A DNA stretch of 56,247 bases from Octopus sinensis. Lineage: Eukaryota. A model generated the notes under the pieces. It was not told the DNA's origin. It saw nothing but the letters and a program-made list of their open reading frames with translations, and made no database searches. This document shows, one piece after another, positions 10,830 to 22,829 of the stretch. Position 1 is the stretch's first letter. Every line of letters starts with the position of its first letter. Where the stretch lies: contig NW_021833675.1 in NCBI RefSeq assembly GCF_006345805.1, forward strand, positions 1-56,247. The letters run 5' to 3'. A program made the translations under genes and the position numbers.

Positions 10830-11484
10830 TAATTAAAATTGAATTTCAAGTTCAAAAAGTGCATCGCTTATTTTTTTCATTTATCGAGGTTTTACTGCTA
10901 AAAAGCTATTTGTGATATTTGTGTTTTGTATATGAACATGCAATGTAAAAAACCGCGCCTTGCTGTTTTGATACGTCCAAAAAAAGAAAATTTTGATTAA
11001 CATGGACCTCGTTCTGGCCGCTGAACTAAACTTTTCAAAGACCATTTAAACTAATTTTACCTTGAAGATCCATTCCAAACAACAGGGAAATTTTCAAGCA
11101 AATAAATTGTTCTCATAAGTGTGTGAAAAAGCATTTTTACTATTCAGTAAAAGTGACATAATCGACAGCACAATGTTCTTGTAATGCCTGACAATGCTCG
11201 TCCTCATATATCAAAAGTTGTCAAATCAACTGTTCAAGCAGACGCCTGCAAGACGGTGCCACATTCGCCATAATCACCTGATTTTACAGCAACAGATTTT
11301 CACTTTTTACGATCACTTTTAAATGCTATGTGTATAAGTTTTTTTTAACAATAATGTAGTATTCAGAGCTTAGTTGAATAAATTTTTCGAGTCAAAATCC
11401 GATGATTTCTACTAAAAGGCATTGAGATTCTTTTTAAACGTCGGAAAAGTTGTAGATACAGATGGAAAATATATCATTGATTAA
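10830..11484 (+). mobile_element. Mariner (DD34D) transposase remnant
   Basis: Reads VLVMPDNARPHISKVV...VPHSP*SPDFTATDFHFLRSL and ends VVDTDGKYIID*. No clean TIRs seen. Confidence 0.8.
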
Positions 11485-11598
11485 ATAGTGGTTAGTTCTT
11501 ATTTTTCTAACTCAATAATTGGACAAATTATGATAACATTTTTATTTGAATAAAATATATCAAAAACATTAAAAAATCAATACGCCATAAAGACGCAG

Positions 11599-12067
11599 TC
11601 ATTCCTTTATATTTTTTAATTTTGAAAATAACAAATCTTGTTTTTCAATTCGATTGAGTTTACCATTCCTCGTTTTGGGGGGTTTAATTCTACTTCAAAA
11701 ATTAACAAATAAATAAACTTTGAAGATTTTTTGGATTTTTTATTTCCATTAGACAGCGTTATTTCTTTATTCTAATTCGCAAAATCATAATATAAAATAT
11801 TACCACAATAATTGTATTTAATAAATCATTTGCTGATTTAGCCCACCAGGAATCTCCAGAATCAACAGAATTAGCATACCCAAGCTAAAATATAATATAA
11901 TTGTAATTACCCCATGTTTTGACTTTTGAGATCTCTGAATGATTGGCTTGGTAATTCCCTGATTAATTATTCCCAATCCCTCACCTAAAGTCTTCATAGC
12001 AATAAGTAAACTCTTAACCTTCTTTCCATCCCATTTTTTCAATAATTTTTTTAGAGCAAAACGGCAT
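11599..12067 (-). CDS. GPATCH4: G-patch domain protein 4-like (very short, 5 exons)
   Basis: Spliced reading MPFCSKKIIEKMGWKE|GEGLGIINQGITKPI...KHG|LGYANSVDSGDSWWAKSANDLLNTIIV|NKEITLSNGNKKSKKSS|KIKPPKTRNGKLNRIEKQDLLFSKLKNIKE*. It has the G-patch, the WW motif and a KLxRxExQ motif, as in GPATCH4. Confidence 0.78.
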
Positions 12068-12619
12068 AACTACAAAACCACGTGAAAAGTTTTTAAAAAA
12101 TATTTTTAATTTATTAAAAACATTAATATTTTGAATTTAGTTTCACTCTAAAAACAATTTCAGTAATATTTTTATCTTACACAATTTCTTGCTTCATAAA
12201 ATTGACAGAATAAAAACTGGTGCGGTCGACTTATCTGTATAATCGAATTAATTATATTAGTAAAACGTGAATTTAACTGAAACATCAGAAAAAGTATTGA
12301 TATTGATGAATTCAATCGAAATTTTGGTAAAAAGTCACAATTACATACAAATGAATTCTTATACATTTGTTAAGGTCCAAATTAAAATATTTAATATTGA
12401 TTGCTGTATTAATTTCTTCTTTTTCGTTTTGAGCTATTCCTTAGCTCTCTAACTACAATTTCTTGTCTACCATCACGATCTGATATTCACTCCACCATTG
12501 TTCTTACACGGGCGCGATTCTGTCAATCTTTACTTATCGTAGAGACTTGTGTTGTAGACAATGAATAATCTCACTAACATCACTCTTTTAAAAACGCATC
12601 CCATTTTGATGCTCTAATA

Positions 12620-13870
12620 CAGCGGTTCCCAACCGCGGGTGCGAGCAAAAATTTAGGGGGTGCGAGATTTTTAAGATTTGTAGTTAATTTTTTAAAGAGC
12701 AAATATTTTTCAAATCTGAAATCTTATTTTTAGATTATACCTAACTTTTTTATTGGAAATTAAATTTATATAATTTTATTTATTCAAAAAAATATATTAT
12801 TTTATCTAAGTTTTTTTATTTCAAATTGTCACGTTTATTCTTTGTTTTTATGAAAAAGAGAAACTGGAATGATTATTATGCCCGTTTTGGATTTACATAT
12901 ACTAAAATCGATGATCTCCAAAGGCCCAAATGTTTCTTATGTGAGGCTATATTCTCTAATCAGAATATGAAACCTTCCAGACTGGAACAGGACTTTCTAA
13001 ATAAATATGGTGGAACTAATATTAGCGGCAATGCAATATTTGGAATCCCACGAATTTACTCAGATGCTGGCTTATTTGACCGACATTTTTACTCACATGA
13101 ATAATTTGAGTTTATCTCTTCGAGGTACAGATGTTAGCATACTCAAATGCCACGAAAAAATGGCTGCATTCAAAAATAAATTATTTCTTTGGCTTCGACA
13201 AATAGAAACATACAATCTCACGAATTTCCCAATTTTAGAAAAGGTGGTCGACAATTCAATGAATCCTACTTTTCGTAAAGAAATTATCTCATTTAGAAGT
13301 ATTGTCCACGTCTTTTGAAGGATATTTCGGAACAGATTTAAATATTACGGATGAATGGATTTTGAGTCCATTTTCGTATAATCTGAAAATTATGTCAGAT
13401 TATCGTGAACTCAAAGGGGATCTGATTGATTTTCGAACAAAGCACTTAAAATAGAGTTTCACAATTGTACATTGGAGCATTTTTGGAGTTCAGTAGTGAA
13501 AATGTATTCAAAATTATTTCAAAAGGCTTTGTATGAAATTATTCCATTTGAAACGACATACTTATGCGAGTCAGGATTCAGTCCTCTTTTGGCAATTAAA
13601 ACTAAATACAGAAATCGCCTGAATCCCGAACATTCGTATTGTGATTAGCAAAAAAGTGCCAAGATTTGACAAAATCATTGAAAATAAACAAGAACAAAGA
13701 AGTCATTAATTGATTACTTTTGTTCTTGTGTTACTGTATACTTTTGTTAATTTAAACTTTATTTTGTTCAATGTTAAATTGTTAATTTTTTTCGATTTAC
13801 AAACCTGGCGGTGCGAGAGTTTGTAAAAAATATTTAGGGGTGCGAGCTCTAAAAAGGTTAGGAACCCCTG
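12620..13870 (+). mobile_element. Internally deleted hAT Buster/Charlie-type transposon, both ends intact
   Basis: TIRs CAGCGGTTCCCAACC and GGTTAGGAACCCCTG; 8-bp TSD CTCTAATA (nnnTAnnn) at 12612-12619 and 13871-13878. BED finger (RPKCFLCEAIFSNQNMKPSRL), LAYLTDIF, and dimerisation motif PFETTYLCESGFS. Confidence 0.93.
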
Positions 13871-13879
13871 CTCTAATAA

Positions 13880-14500
13880 AATGCTTTCAAGGGTTTTTTT
13901 TAGTACAATAGATTGAATTTGTGCTTTTGAATTATATCCACATCCAAAACATCCATTTATGACTTGTAGAAGTTACTTATTATCCAAACACCCAAGTCAA
14001 AACAATAGAAATAATTTCAACTTTCTCGTTGTATTATTTGAGACAACTCTCCAGTGAGAAGGTCGTGTTTATGAAGTTTTTCTACCTCGACCATCTTTAG
14101 AATCTTCTAAAAAGTGATTACAACCTTTACTAAAGTAATCTCACTATCTTTTTATCCAAAACAAATATGTCCGGCTTGTTATGTTTTACTCTAATATACG
14201 TCATTAACGTCGTATCTATTCAAATCTCAACATTCTCAGTTGTTACTACTGAATGAGTCTTCAGTTTCTTTGAATATGTGATTCAATATCTACGACACAA
14301 GTTTAAATTAAAAAATCTCATGACTTAGAATTTCATTACTATTTAACATCTTATTGCATCTCGTCGCCAAATAATCGACTGTTTTTTTGGCAGATTCACA
14401 ATAATTGCGATTCGACCCTTTTTTCAAAGTACAAATTTCGGTGCCTTGACAACTTGCCTCAAAAATCAGTCTTTGATTAAAAATTCTTCCGTAGCTGTTT
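13880..14500 (-). mobile_element. Decayed 3' part of an R4/Dong-like RLE retroelement; probably continues past the hAT at ~12450-12611
   Basis: Reads TVDYLATRCNKMLNS...KLKTHSV...KHNKPDIFVLDKK, the same family as 17757-19620. Confidence 0.7.
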
Positions 14501-14565
14501 TCAGGTGTCTGAGGATATAAATTAAGAGGTTAGCTCCAATTCGCTAAATTACGTAATATTGTTTA

Positions 14566-14990
14566 TTGGTTGAACTGGTGATATCGTTCTTAAAACAAAT
14601 GTCTTTTTCGCACGTTTCGAATAATGAGTTCACTTTGGCGTCATTCAATGTCCGAGGTTTAAAAGAAGTGCAGAAAAGGGAGGATTTGACAGATGATTTA
14701 ACATCATATAAGGTCACCATATGCAGCATACAGGAGACTAAAGTGAGGGATGCAGCTGAGGAGAATTACAGAGAGTATAGACTGCTAAACTCCGAATGTA
14801 ACCACTACGGACTTGGCTTTGCTATACATCGTTGTCTTAAAGGAAGAGTCCACAGAGTGTGGAGGATCAGAATAGCAGTACTTCAGATAAAAAGAGGAAA
14901 GTCGGATAATGTTCGCTTAGCACCCCGATGGAGACGCCTGGTGGACAAGATTTCTGAACGTGCGGCACAAAAGGGGCCTTAGCTAATTTA
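14566..14990 (+). mobile_element. RTE-clade LINE derivative: AP-endonuclease N-terminus joined to the element's 3' end
   Basis: APE motifs LASFNVRGL, ICSIQETK, GLGFAI, RIAVLQI are followed directly by RWRRLVDKISERAAQKGP*, which matches the RTE terminus at ~22840-22900 (RAWRCLIDKILRGMAQAAR*). Confidence 0.75.
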
Positions 14991-15264
14991 ACATTTCTTT
15001 GGTTCTGTGTACGTGCTATTAATAATAATACGTCATACTGTGAATCTCATTTTCTGAACGACTTTTGGGTAGAATTGAATTGCCTGGAAATTTATGTTTT
15101 GCTTGATCTTTTACCTGACTAAAAATAGTCACAAACAAACAAATACTTTTAATTTATAGTCGACAAGATGACCTTCGAATACCACTAAATTATTATTATT
15201 TTTTAAAATAAATTAAAAAGGTAATTAATATATGATAAATTGTTATTTTTTGTTATGACGTTAA

Positions 15265-16217
15265 ATGGATCCCTCTATTGCTGATTTATCTAAAGAAGAA
15301 AGGTTTTATATGTCTTAAAGCATAAATAAAGATTATTTGTGTACGTCTGTGAATACCTTTGTCATTTTGGCGTCGAACATATAGCCCATATGCTAAGAGA
15401 AGAAGTTGATTTATTATATTCATGTTAAATAGCTCAAATACGAAAAGCCTATGCATGTTGGAACATCTCCAGGAGTGTTAATGAACTGGTGGACGTTAGA
15501 ATTACAATTAATTCAATTTTAGTGTTTTTTGGCAAATATTCTTAGGCACAACTCCTGAAGATGTTAAATCAAACATCCGACGTGAACAATCCCCACATCT
15601 ACCTGTTAATATTATTTTATATAATCAATTTAGAATAGTCCAATGATACGCCACTACGCTCATCCACAACGTTTTCAATCTTACGGACAGCCGTGAGTTA
15701 TTAAATAATTTTTCCAGAATAAATAACTTTCCTGGAGGATATCCGCCAGGGATGCTCGGAGATCCAAGAATGCAGCAACGTTTTATACATGAAAGTCATA
15801 GAATGATGCATCCAAATCGTATGATGGTCAGTATATTTATAAAATGATAAAAAATAGAATCCTCGACTTCCTGGTGGTTATATGATGGGGGATATGAGAG
15901 GTATGGGGAATCCCTCTATGTACGGTCGGCCTAGAATGACGGTTTTGTTGTATTTTATATATTGTAGTCTCCTCGTCAATTCTCTCAATTCGACGAGGCA
16001 TTGCATGGTAGCTTTGTTCCGACGAATAATTCGCTCAATAATGTGGATTGTTTGGTTGTATTATTTATAGCATCCTATGATGCCTCGTTACAATGAAATG
16101 AACCCAAAGATGAGACAGGGGATGTATTTGGCTGCATCCTCTACAGGAAATGAACCCTCTAATAATCCTCAAGAACAAAAGGTTTTGAATCAAGTTGATG
16201 AACATATAGGGATCTGA
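15265..16217 (+). CDS. SSBP3: Single-stranded DNA-binding protein SSDP/SSBP2-4 family (LUFS domain + Pro/Gly/Met-rich tail), multi-exon
   Basis: Spliced reading EER|LFVYVCEYLCHFGVEHIAHMLREE|LKYEKPMHVGTSPGVLMNWWT|VFWQIF matches the SSDP LUFS domain (LYVYEYL...EPPGFLHSWWCVFWDLY). Stop TGA 16215-16217. The paralog symbol is nominal. Confidence 0.85.
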
Positions 16218-16419
16218 TAATTTGTTTTCTAATGACTCTTTTTATAACTAAACTTGTATTTAACTGTCGATTTTATTTATTTTGTTTTTTTCTGTTGAAT
16301 TTGTGTTATAGTTTACGTTTTAAGTAAAAAGTAATATAATTTTTTTGAAAATAGAGTTAGAAATTCAAAAAAACATTTATTTTATATTCTACAATTGGAT
16401 ATTAACAGAGTATAAATAA

Positions 16420-16760
16420 AGGTAACGTTCTATTCTTAGAAAACATGAAAAGGTTAGGGGTGTTAATTTGACGATACAATTGCTAAACTGGTGTTACTAA
16501 CAGACATGCTCTTCTGAGATTCTTACAATAGGATTGCATGTATTTATACTCTTTTTTATTGTAGCAATCTCATAATTAACCCAATCACTCAACTAGGGCT
16601 AAATGTTAGTTTAAGTTTGTAACGGGGAGTCTGTTCTAACTTTGTGACGATATTCTGGTACTGCTTAGAGAAATACCTGTCTTCTAGTCCAAATAGAAGA
16701 TTTGGAATGAAAACTGTTTGATGCAAAAATTTATAAATTTTCGGATCCAAGTAAAAACTT
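16420..16760 (-). mobile_element. Decayed 3' fragment of a Jockey-group-like LINE
   Basis: Reads FLHQTVFIPNLLFGLE...IVTKLEQTPRYKLKL, similar to the LINE at 25541-26291 (VEPLLTYGFEG...IIAKLEKTRRYAIKL). Confidence 0.5.
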
Positions 16761-17545
16761 CTGATTTGTAATATTTTTAAAAATGTAATCATTCTAGTAT
16801 AATTCTTATAAAACACGGAAAAATTTCAAATTTACGTTTGCCTAGCTCAAAAATTATGTGAATTATTAGAAATAAATATACAAATATCAACTTATTAAGT
16901 TTGAAATGTGGATTTTCTGAGAGCTGAGAATAATCAACAAATCCCTAATAAAAATGGAGTTTTATCATTTGTTCACTCCAAAGGCTCAATACTCCGTTAA
17001 GCAATTAAATAGTTAATTAGTTTTTTTATTAATAAAGGATAAATCGAGTTAGTATGAAAATCATGCAACTTTCATCATCGTACATGATTATATTCATCAT
17101 AATTAACTTCATGATAACGGTCGTCTAAATAGAAATTGTGTTTTTCTATCTTACTTCGAGGTTTTTTCCCGGAGATAAATTCGGTCTCTAACAATTAAAA
17201 AATCAATAAATACTAAATTTTGTTACTCGAGGAACAGCTATTTCATCTCCTGTCTATAAAATTAGTAATTAATTTTTAGACTATCCGATAGGACGCATCA
17301 TCCATTGATATATGAGACTGGTAGGTTTTAAAAATAAAAACACAAATGAATATGGCGAATGAACACATAATTTATTATTTGATAAAAAATTTACTTAAAT
17401 ACTCCAATGTATGTACAAAATTTTGAACTTTAGTTTTCATTTATTTTTAAAGTACCTTTGACATTCTTTAGATAAAGTACATTATCGAAAAAACTAGTTT
17501 TTTATTGATACAGCTGATTTTAACCATTTAATTATAAAGTAAAGT
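16761..17545 (+). repeat. Isolated, diverged partial copy of the non-transposon portion of the tandem-array unit
   Basis: Shares ctgatttgtaat..., ggctcaatactccgttaagc, catgcaactttcatcatcgtacatg and gagactggtaggtttt with the array units. It lacks the Buster part. Confidence 0.9.
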
Positions 17546-17756
17546 AAACTCTCTCTAATTTGCCATTTTTGATTCCTGGCGAAATCGTGGCCAATTTTAG
17601 AAATGGCAGATTTCAGAATAAAATTTTTATTTAAATTTCTAATTAATTTATTTAAAAATAATTAAACTATTTAAATTAATAAATTGTATTTTTGTTGGAA
17701 ATATTATTATTAACCAAGGAATTTAAAAAAATTAAATTTTATTAAAGTAATATTAT

Positions 17757-19620
17757 ATGCTCAAATATGTGCCTGATTGGAAGGCGTGCGGATGCGATGG
17801 AACATATAACTTTTTCATCAAGAAAATGGAATCATTACATGAATTCTTGTGTAATGAAGTAATCAGGATAATCAAGGGTGAGTACATGCCAGAGAGTTGG
17901 TTTTACACGGGATTAACTTACTTGATTCCAAAAAAAGATGATTGTGAGAATCCAAAGGATTTACGTCCTATAACGTGTATGCCAACTTTGTACAAGCTTG
18001 TAACGAAGTGTGTAAATGTTAAACTCTGTGACTTTGTGGATGGATTTGGGCTGATTTCAGACAATCAACTCGGAACCAGAAAGCAATGTCAGGGTGCGAA
18101 AGAGCAAGCACTTATTAACCAATGCTTGAACAAGGAATATGGAAACAGTCTGTACTCTTCTTGGGTGGATGTAAAGAAAGCCTTTGACTCGGTGATCACC
18201 AATTTTTATTCCACATTTGGACAGCTCTGGAATTCCACTCTGGATTATTAACTTTGTGAAAAGTATAGTCAAGAAGTGGAAAGTAAATCTAAATCTTGAC
18301 GGAAGAAAAATTGGTTCAGTAAAGCTAACCCGATGAATTTTGCAAGGAGATTCATTATCCCCATTGCTATTTGTTATGGTAATGGATCCCCTAAGCAGGA
18401 TCCTGAACTCTAAATTTCCCAAATTGCAAATAATCAGGAGGATCTAAATATGTTGACATATTCTACCAATCACCTATTTTTTATTGACGATCTAAAGATA
18501 TTTGCTCTTAAAGAGGACACTGTTATTAAAATGATGGAAGCTGTTAAAGAATTTTTTGACATTGTTGGCCTGGAGATGAACTCTGAAAAATCGGCCTCTA
18601 ATGTCAAATCTTTATCATGCTGTGAGACTTTGGAAGGAATCAATGGATATCGCTATTTGGGCGTATTTGAAGATGGAGGAAGTAATGTCCTCAAGAATAA
18701 AGTTATGAATTCAATAATGGAGAATGTAAAAAAAAGAATAACTATGTTGTCAAAAACAAAGTTGAATTCGGTGAACTTATTCTATGCCATAAATGAATAT
18801 GCATTGTCCCTATATAATTATTATATGGGCTAATTAATATGAGCCATATGAATTTGATGACATTGATAAACAAATACGTAGATTGCTCATGACACTCAAG
18901 TTACATCTCCAGCCTGCAAATAAAGAAAGGCTGTATTTAGACCGCAAAACTTTTGGAAGAGGACTTGCCTCCATCTCGTTCAAGAGCGAATTATACTCAT
19001 GCAATTCCTTAAAAGCTTGGAAAAACAGTCGGCTGTGTGTTTGCGAAGGTCGGGGATTCTGCGAGTTATTAAAACAAAGAAATGGCATTTGGCTACAATC
19101 GCAGGATTTCTTACCTCTAAATACGCTATTGCTGACACAGAACATAGATATTAATTTTCTCAAAGACATTCAGAAAAAATATTTGCTAAACAAAATAAAG
19201 TCCAAGTCACTACACTCTGTTATGTTCAAATGCCTGGATGAATCAAATGTCGATCTCTTTCTACTTCCTCAGAATGGTTAGCCAAAAAAATAATGGCCCC
19301 CGAAGTGAAGCATTATACTGCCTTCTGCAAGATAGAAATTTGTTTTTTGCAAACACGAGGCCGTTATGCAATCACTGTAAAAAAAGTAAACAAACTGTTG
19401 ATCATCTGGCCACTCAGTGTGGTAAAATGCTCAATAGCGATTACCTCCGAAGACATGACGAGGTGGTTAAATGTGTCCATCTTCATATTTGTCGAATGTA
19501 TGGAATCAAAAAGAACAGGAAATTAAAGACTCATTCAGTTCAGTCGATATTGTCAACTCAAAATGTAGAAATTAGAGTTGACACGTCAATTATAACAGAA
19601 AATAAAGTCCTAATTAAATA
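17757..19620 (+). mobile_element. R4/Dong-like RLE non-LTR retrotransposon, frameshifted and truncated at both ends
   Basis: RT motifs LRPITCMPTLYKL, VDVKKAFDSV, QGDSLSPLLF, FIDDLK; CCHC CNHCKKSKQTVDHLATQC; RRHDEVVK. The PD-(D/E)xK part is missing. Confidence 0.85.
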
Positions 19621-20745
19621 TTTTAACCTTAATTAAATTTTGGTTTCGTAAATAAACGTGTTGTTATTAAAGTAATATTCAATTCTCAATTGCCTCTTTT
19701 TGGAATTTTAAATATTTCCTTTATATCTTCTTATTGCAGTAATGATTCCGCATCATTGTCATTTTCAATGTGTCGCGAGCGCGACGCGCACATTTACAGC
19801 TAACAACCTGTCATCAACAAATATATTTATTAAATTATTTAAAATTTTAACATGATTTAAAATAAAATTGAAATAACTTAAGTTTTCCATTGAATCCCAT
19901 AAAATAATTTATAAGTAGACCTAATAAAAAAGTAAAATCAATGAATACTGAACGCTAATTTTGTTTAGGTTGTGAGGGGGGTATAATTTGACAAATCTCA
20001 TTGCTATTTTTTCGTTTTAATCTCTAAAATTAGGTCTTCTAATCAAAAATAACTGTGGCACAGGCTTGCTCCTTCAGAAGATTCTGTTTTGACATTTTAA
20101 TAAATTATGAAGCATTTAGATTTTTCTCATTATTCTAAAATATCAATTATAAATTTTAAAATATTATTTTTATTTATGAAATCGGTTTTAAAGCTCATTC
20201 TGCTTTGGCATCGATTTTAATTTTTGTTATCGAATATATTTAAACCCAAATACCAGCCCGTGTATTTGTCAATTTATAGATTTGTTGACTGATCGGATCT
20301 AGAAATTGAGTGGTCGCTCGCTGCGCTCGGTGGCTCGCTGCGCTCGCGACACAATGTTTTCTAGAAGCTAATTTCAATCTCTCTTAATTTGTAATGCATT
20401 TCAGCCTTGCTTAATGATTTATGCAATTATACACGACCCGATTTTTCTTGTTCCTCAATAGAAATTAATTTCTCCTCATGATCAATTGCCTCCTTTTCAC
20501 TGTAATCTATTGAAATAAATTCTTCTATTCCAATTGGATCATAAATATCTGTTTTGCTTACAATTTCAGCTGGTATATTTATGTTAAGAAGTTGTAATTC
20601 ACATTCTGTACATTTTAGACGTTTGAAACAGTTTGAAATCGTTTGAGATTTCACATCTTTCCATGCCATCTTTACAAACAATACAGTATCTCTAAGAGTT
20701 AACTTTTTATACGATTCATAGACTGAGTATTTCTCACATTCCAAT
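19620..20745 (-). mobile_element. pogo/Tigger (CENP-B-like) transposase C-terminal remnant, interrupted by a MITE
   Basis: LTLRDTVLFVKMAWKDVKSQTISNCFKR matches the end of the DDE_1 domain, followed by an acidic tail. Confidence 0.65.
19771..20351. mobile_element. 581-bp non-autonomous TIR element (TGT...ACA termini, 5-bp TSD), Ginger-like MITE copy 1
   Basis: Ends TGTCGCGAGCGC...GCGCTCGCGACA; TSD CAATG at 19766-19770 and 20352-20356. An inverted homologue lies at 25225-26598. Confidence 0.9.
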
Positions 20746-20759
20746 ATATATCCTCTTAG

Positions 20760-20990
20760 GAAACAGAAGGCTGCTATGGACCTCTTTCTGTTCTCGGAAA
20801 TGTAAAGTAGGTAACTTGGGTTTTCGTCGGTTGTCTTGGTAAAACTCTAAGAGAAAGCAGATTTGTCCAAAGAAATGGTGAATTGCTTACTTTTACACCA
20901 CTGTTTGATTATGTTCAGATTGGCAGAGAGGTGTCGTTTAGATAAAAGTGCGTCTTTTGAGATGTCTAGAATTAACCTGAATTAACATAG
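20760..20990 (-). mobile_element. LINE RT fragment (post-YADD region)
   Basis: Reads LSANLNIIKQWCKSKQFTISLDKS, typical of RT domains 5-6 of APE LINEs. Confidence 0.4.
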
Positions 20991-21379
20991 TCTGAATCAA
21001 GTAGAATTTCTTTCCGAAGGTCTACGGACATAAGCTTTTTCATCTTTATACCCCCAATCTCACTCGATTTTCAAAACGAATAAAAAGGTTTCGACCGTAA
21101 AATTGTGAAAACATCAATCGCATTACTATGAATTCTAAATTTTAAAAATCGACGAATTTTATTTTCAGGACTGCTAGAGTTTTCAAAGACTAAAATATGC
21201 TTACAAAGAGGGTGATGTGATTTTTTCATCTTTTTATAAAAAATGGATCATCTGCCATTTTTGTCCCTAAAATTACATTTATGTCAAATCTAATTAACAA
21301 TAATCTCATTTGTCGAATCTAAATAAATTGATAAAAGCGTCAAAGTTATTTTTCATGACTTTATCTTGATATATTCATT

Positions 21380-21600
21380 TAATCAAGTATAAATAGAGCT
21401 TTCCTTTTTTAATTCTCAATTTATGTTATTATAGAAACTCTTAATCTATATGAGATAAGGCACACGAACCTCTGTAGAACTTTTGCGCTCAAAACACCCA
21501 CATCTTAGTAAATGAAACTCTGTCACAGTGGTATTTTAGCTTATGAAAAAATAAGTTTTCATTTATTTGCACAATAACAGATGAACCACCTATTAAAACT
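21380..21600 (-). mobile_element. Merlin/IS1595-like transposase remnant
   Basis: Reads IGGSSVIVQINENLFFHKLKYHCDRV...WGV, versus the Merlin consensus IGGPGxIVEIDES.F.KRKYHRGR...WVFG. Confidence 0.5.
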
Positions 21601-21734
21601 GGATTAGATTCAAAGTATTATTTTATTTTGTTTTTAAAAATATCATAAAACTTCATTAACGTTTATCTGAAAAAAGAAGATTCATTACTAATATCAGTAC
21701 ATTTTAAAGTTTTAAAAAATAAGTTAGTTGTTTT

Positions 21735-21870
21735 TCCCCCATTTTTAACGGAGCAATTATTATCTTTTAAGATCATTTTTCGCCAAATCTGAAGCAATGT
21801 GGTCGATTCGTTCTTTATCCACATATATCTTCATATATATTACTATCCATCAATAAGATAGTTACTTTGA
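21735..21870. repeat. Dispersed ~130-bp repeat, second copy at ~50450-50570
   Basis: Near-identical ttatcttttaagatcatttttcgccaaatct...ttctttatccacata...caataagatagttact in both places. Confidence 0.85.
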
Positions 21871-22379
21871 GGTGCGATTAGCTTATTATACGGTTTCTAA
21901 CAGAACTATAAGATCGACACTCGGTCTTAACGTACACCCATGTTGTATTCTCCCTCTGAAGGGTCATCAAATGTCTTTTAGGGGATTTCTTTTCTTTCGG
22001 AAACCTTCGAGCCTTCTGGAGAAAGAAAATGACTTCAGTTAATAGTGTGATTGTCGGTAGTCCTTCAATTTTGAATATTTTCCCATGACAACTGTATCAC
22101 TAATCCCCATAAGTCGGTCAAAAATTCAAGATTTTATTTAAAAAATATAATATTTACAAATTCGGCATTTTTTTATTTTTGGATCTAATAATTTATCTGG
22201 AGCCTTATTTTGTAATGGACGAAATTCAAATACCCTCATTTATTAGTTTGGTTCTCAGTATAATAAGAAAGTTTTCAAAAAATCTTAGTTGCACATAAAA
22301 TTAATCTGTTTTATTTTTACAAGTTCCAGGCAGTTGCTGACATAACGTTTAAATGTATAAAAAATCCACGAGTATCGAC

Positions 22380-22822
22380 GACAAATTTATGTCTAAATCG
22401 ATGGCTTGCACCAATGCCCATATCTGATGAGGAAAATTCACATTTTGATATCTACGTCACCTATTCTTAAGCTGACGCCTAACTCCGTACTCAATAAACC
22501 TTTTCCTGACGTTCACTGTTCTGAATTGCTTCTCGACCGTCCGGCTCACACAAACTTGGCTCGTTTCCGTTCTGATCATCACTCCTCATTAAACCACTAT
22601 GCACACAAAATGGACATCTCGATCTCCTCCTATTGTCCCATTTGCCGTGTTGACGAGCACACAACTGCCCATCTATTCCGCTGTCCTGGTTTTCTTTCGG
22701 TTCGTAAAAAATTTGCCATTCACTCCCCGGAGGTCCTATGGGAGAACCTGGGAGGGCGCTGTTGTTTCTGCAAGCTGCTGGTCTCATAACTTAATGTGAG
22801 ATCGAGGTTATGCAACAACAAG
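22380..22822 (+). mobile_element. 5'-truncated I/Nimb-type LINE 3' end with (CAA)n tail
   Basis: Reads LARFRSDHHSSL...CPICRVDEHTTAHLFRCP (CCHC) and ends gttatgcaacaacaa. Confidence 0.75.
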
Positions 22823-22829
22823 AAAGAAA

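Noticed and set aside
20305-20351. (GCTC/GAGC)-rich terminal repeats resembling an AAV Rep-binding element
   Set aside because: They are the TIRs of a MITE with 5-bp TSDs at two loci. No parvoviral rep/cap sequence or T-shaped hairpin is present.
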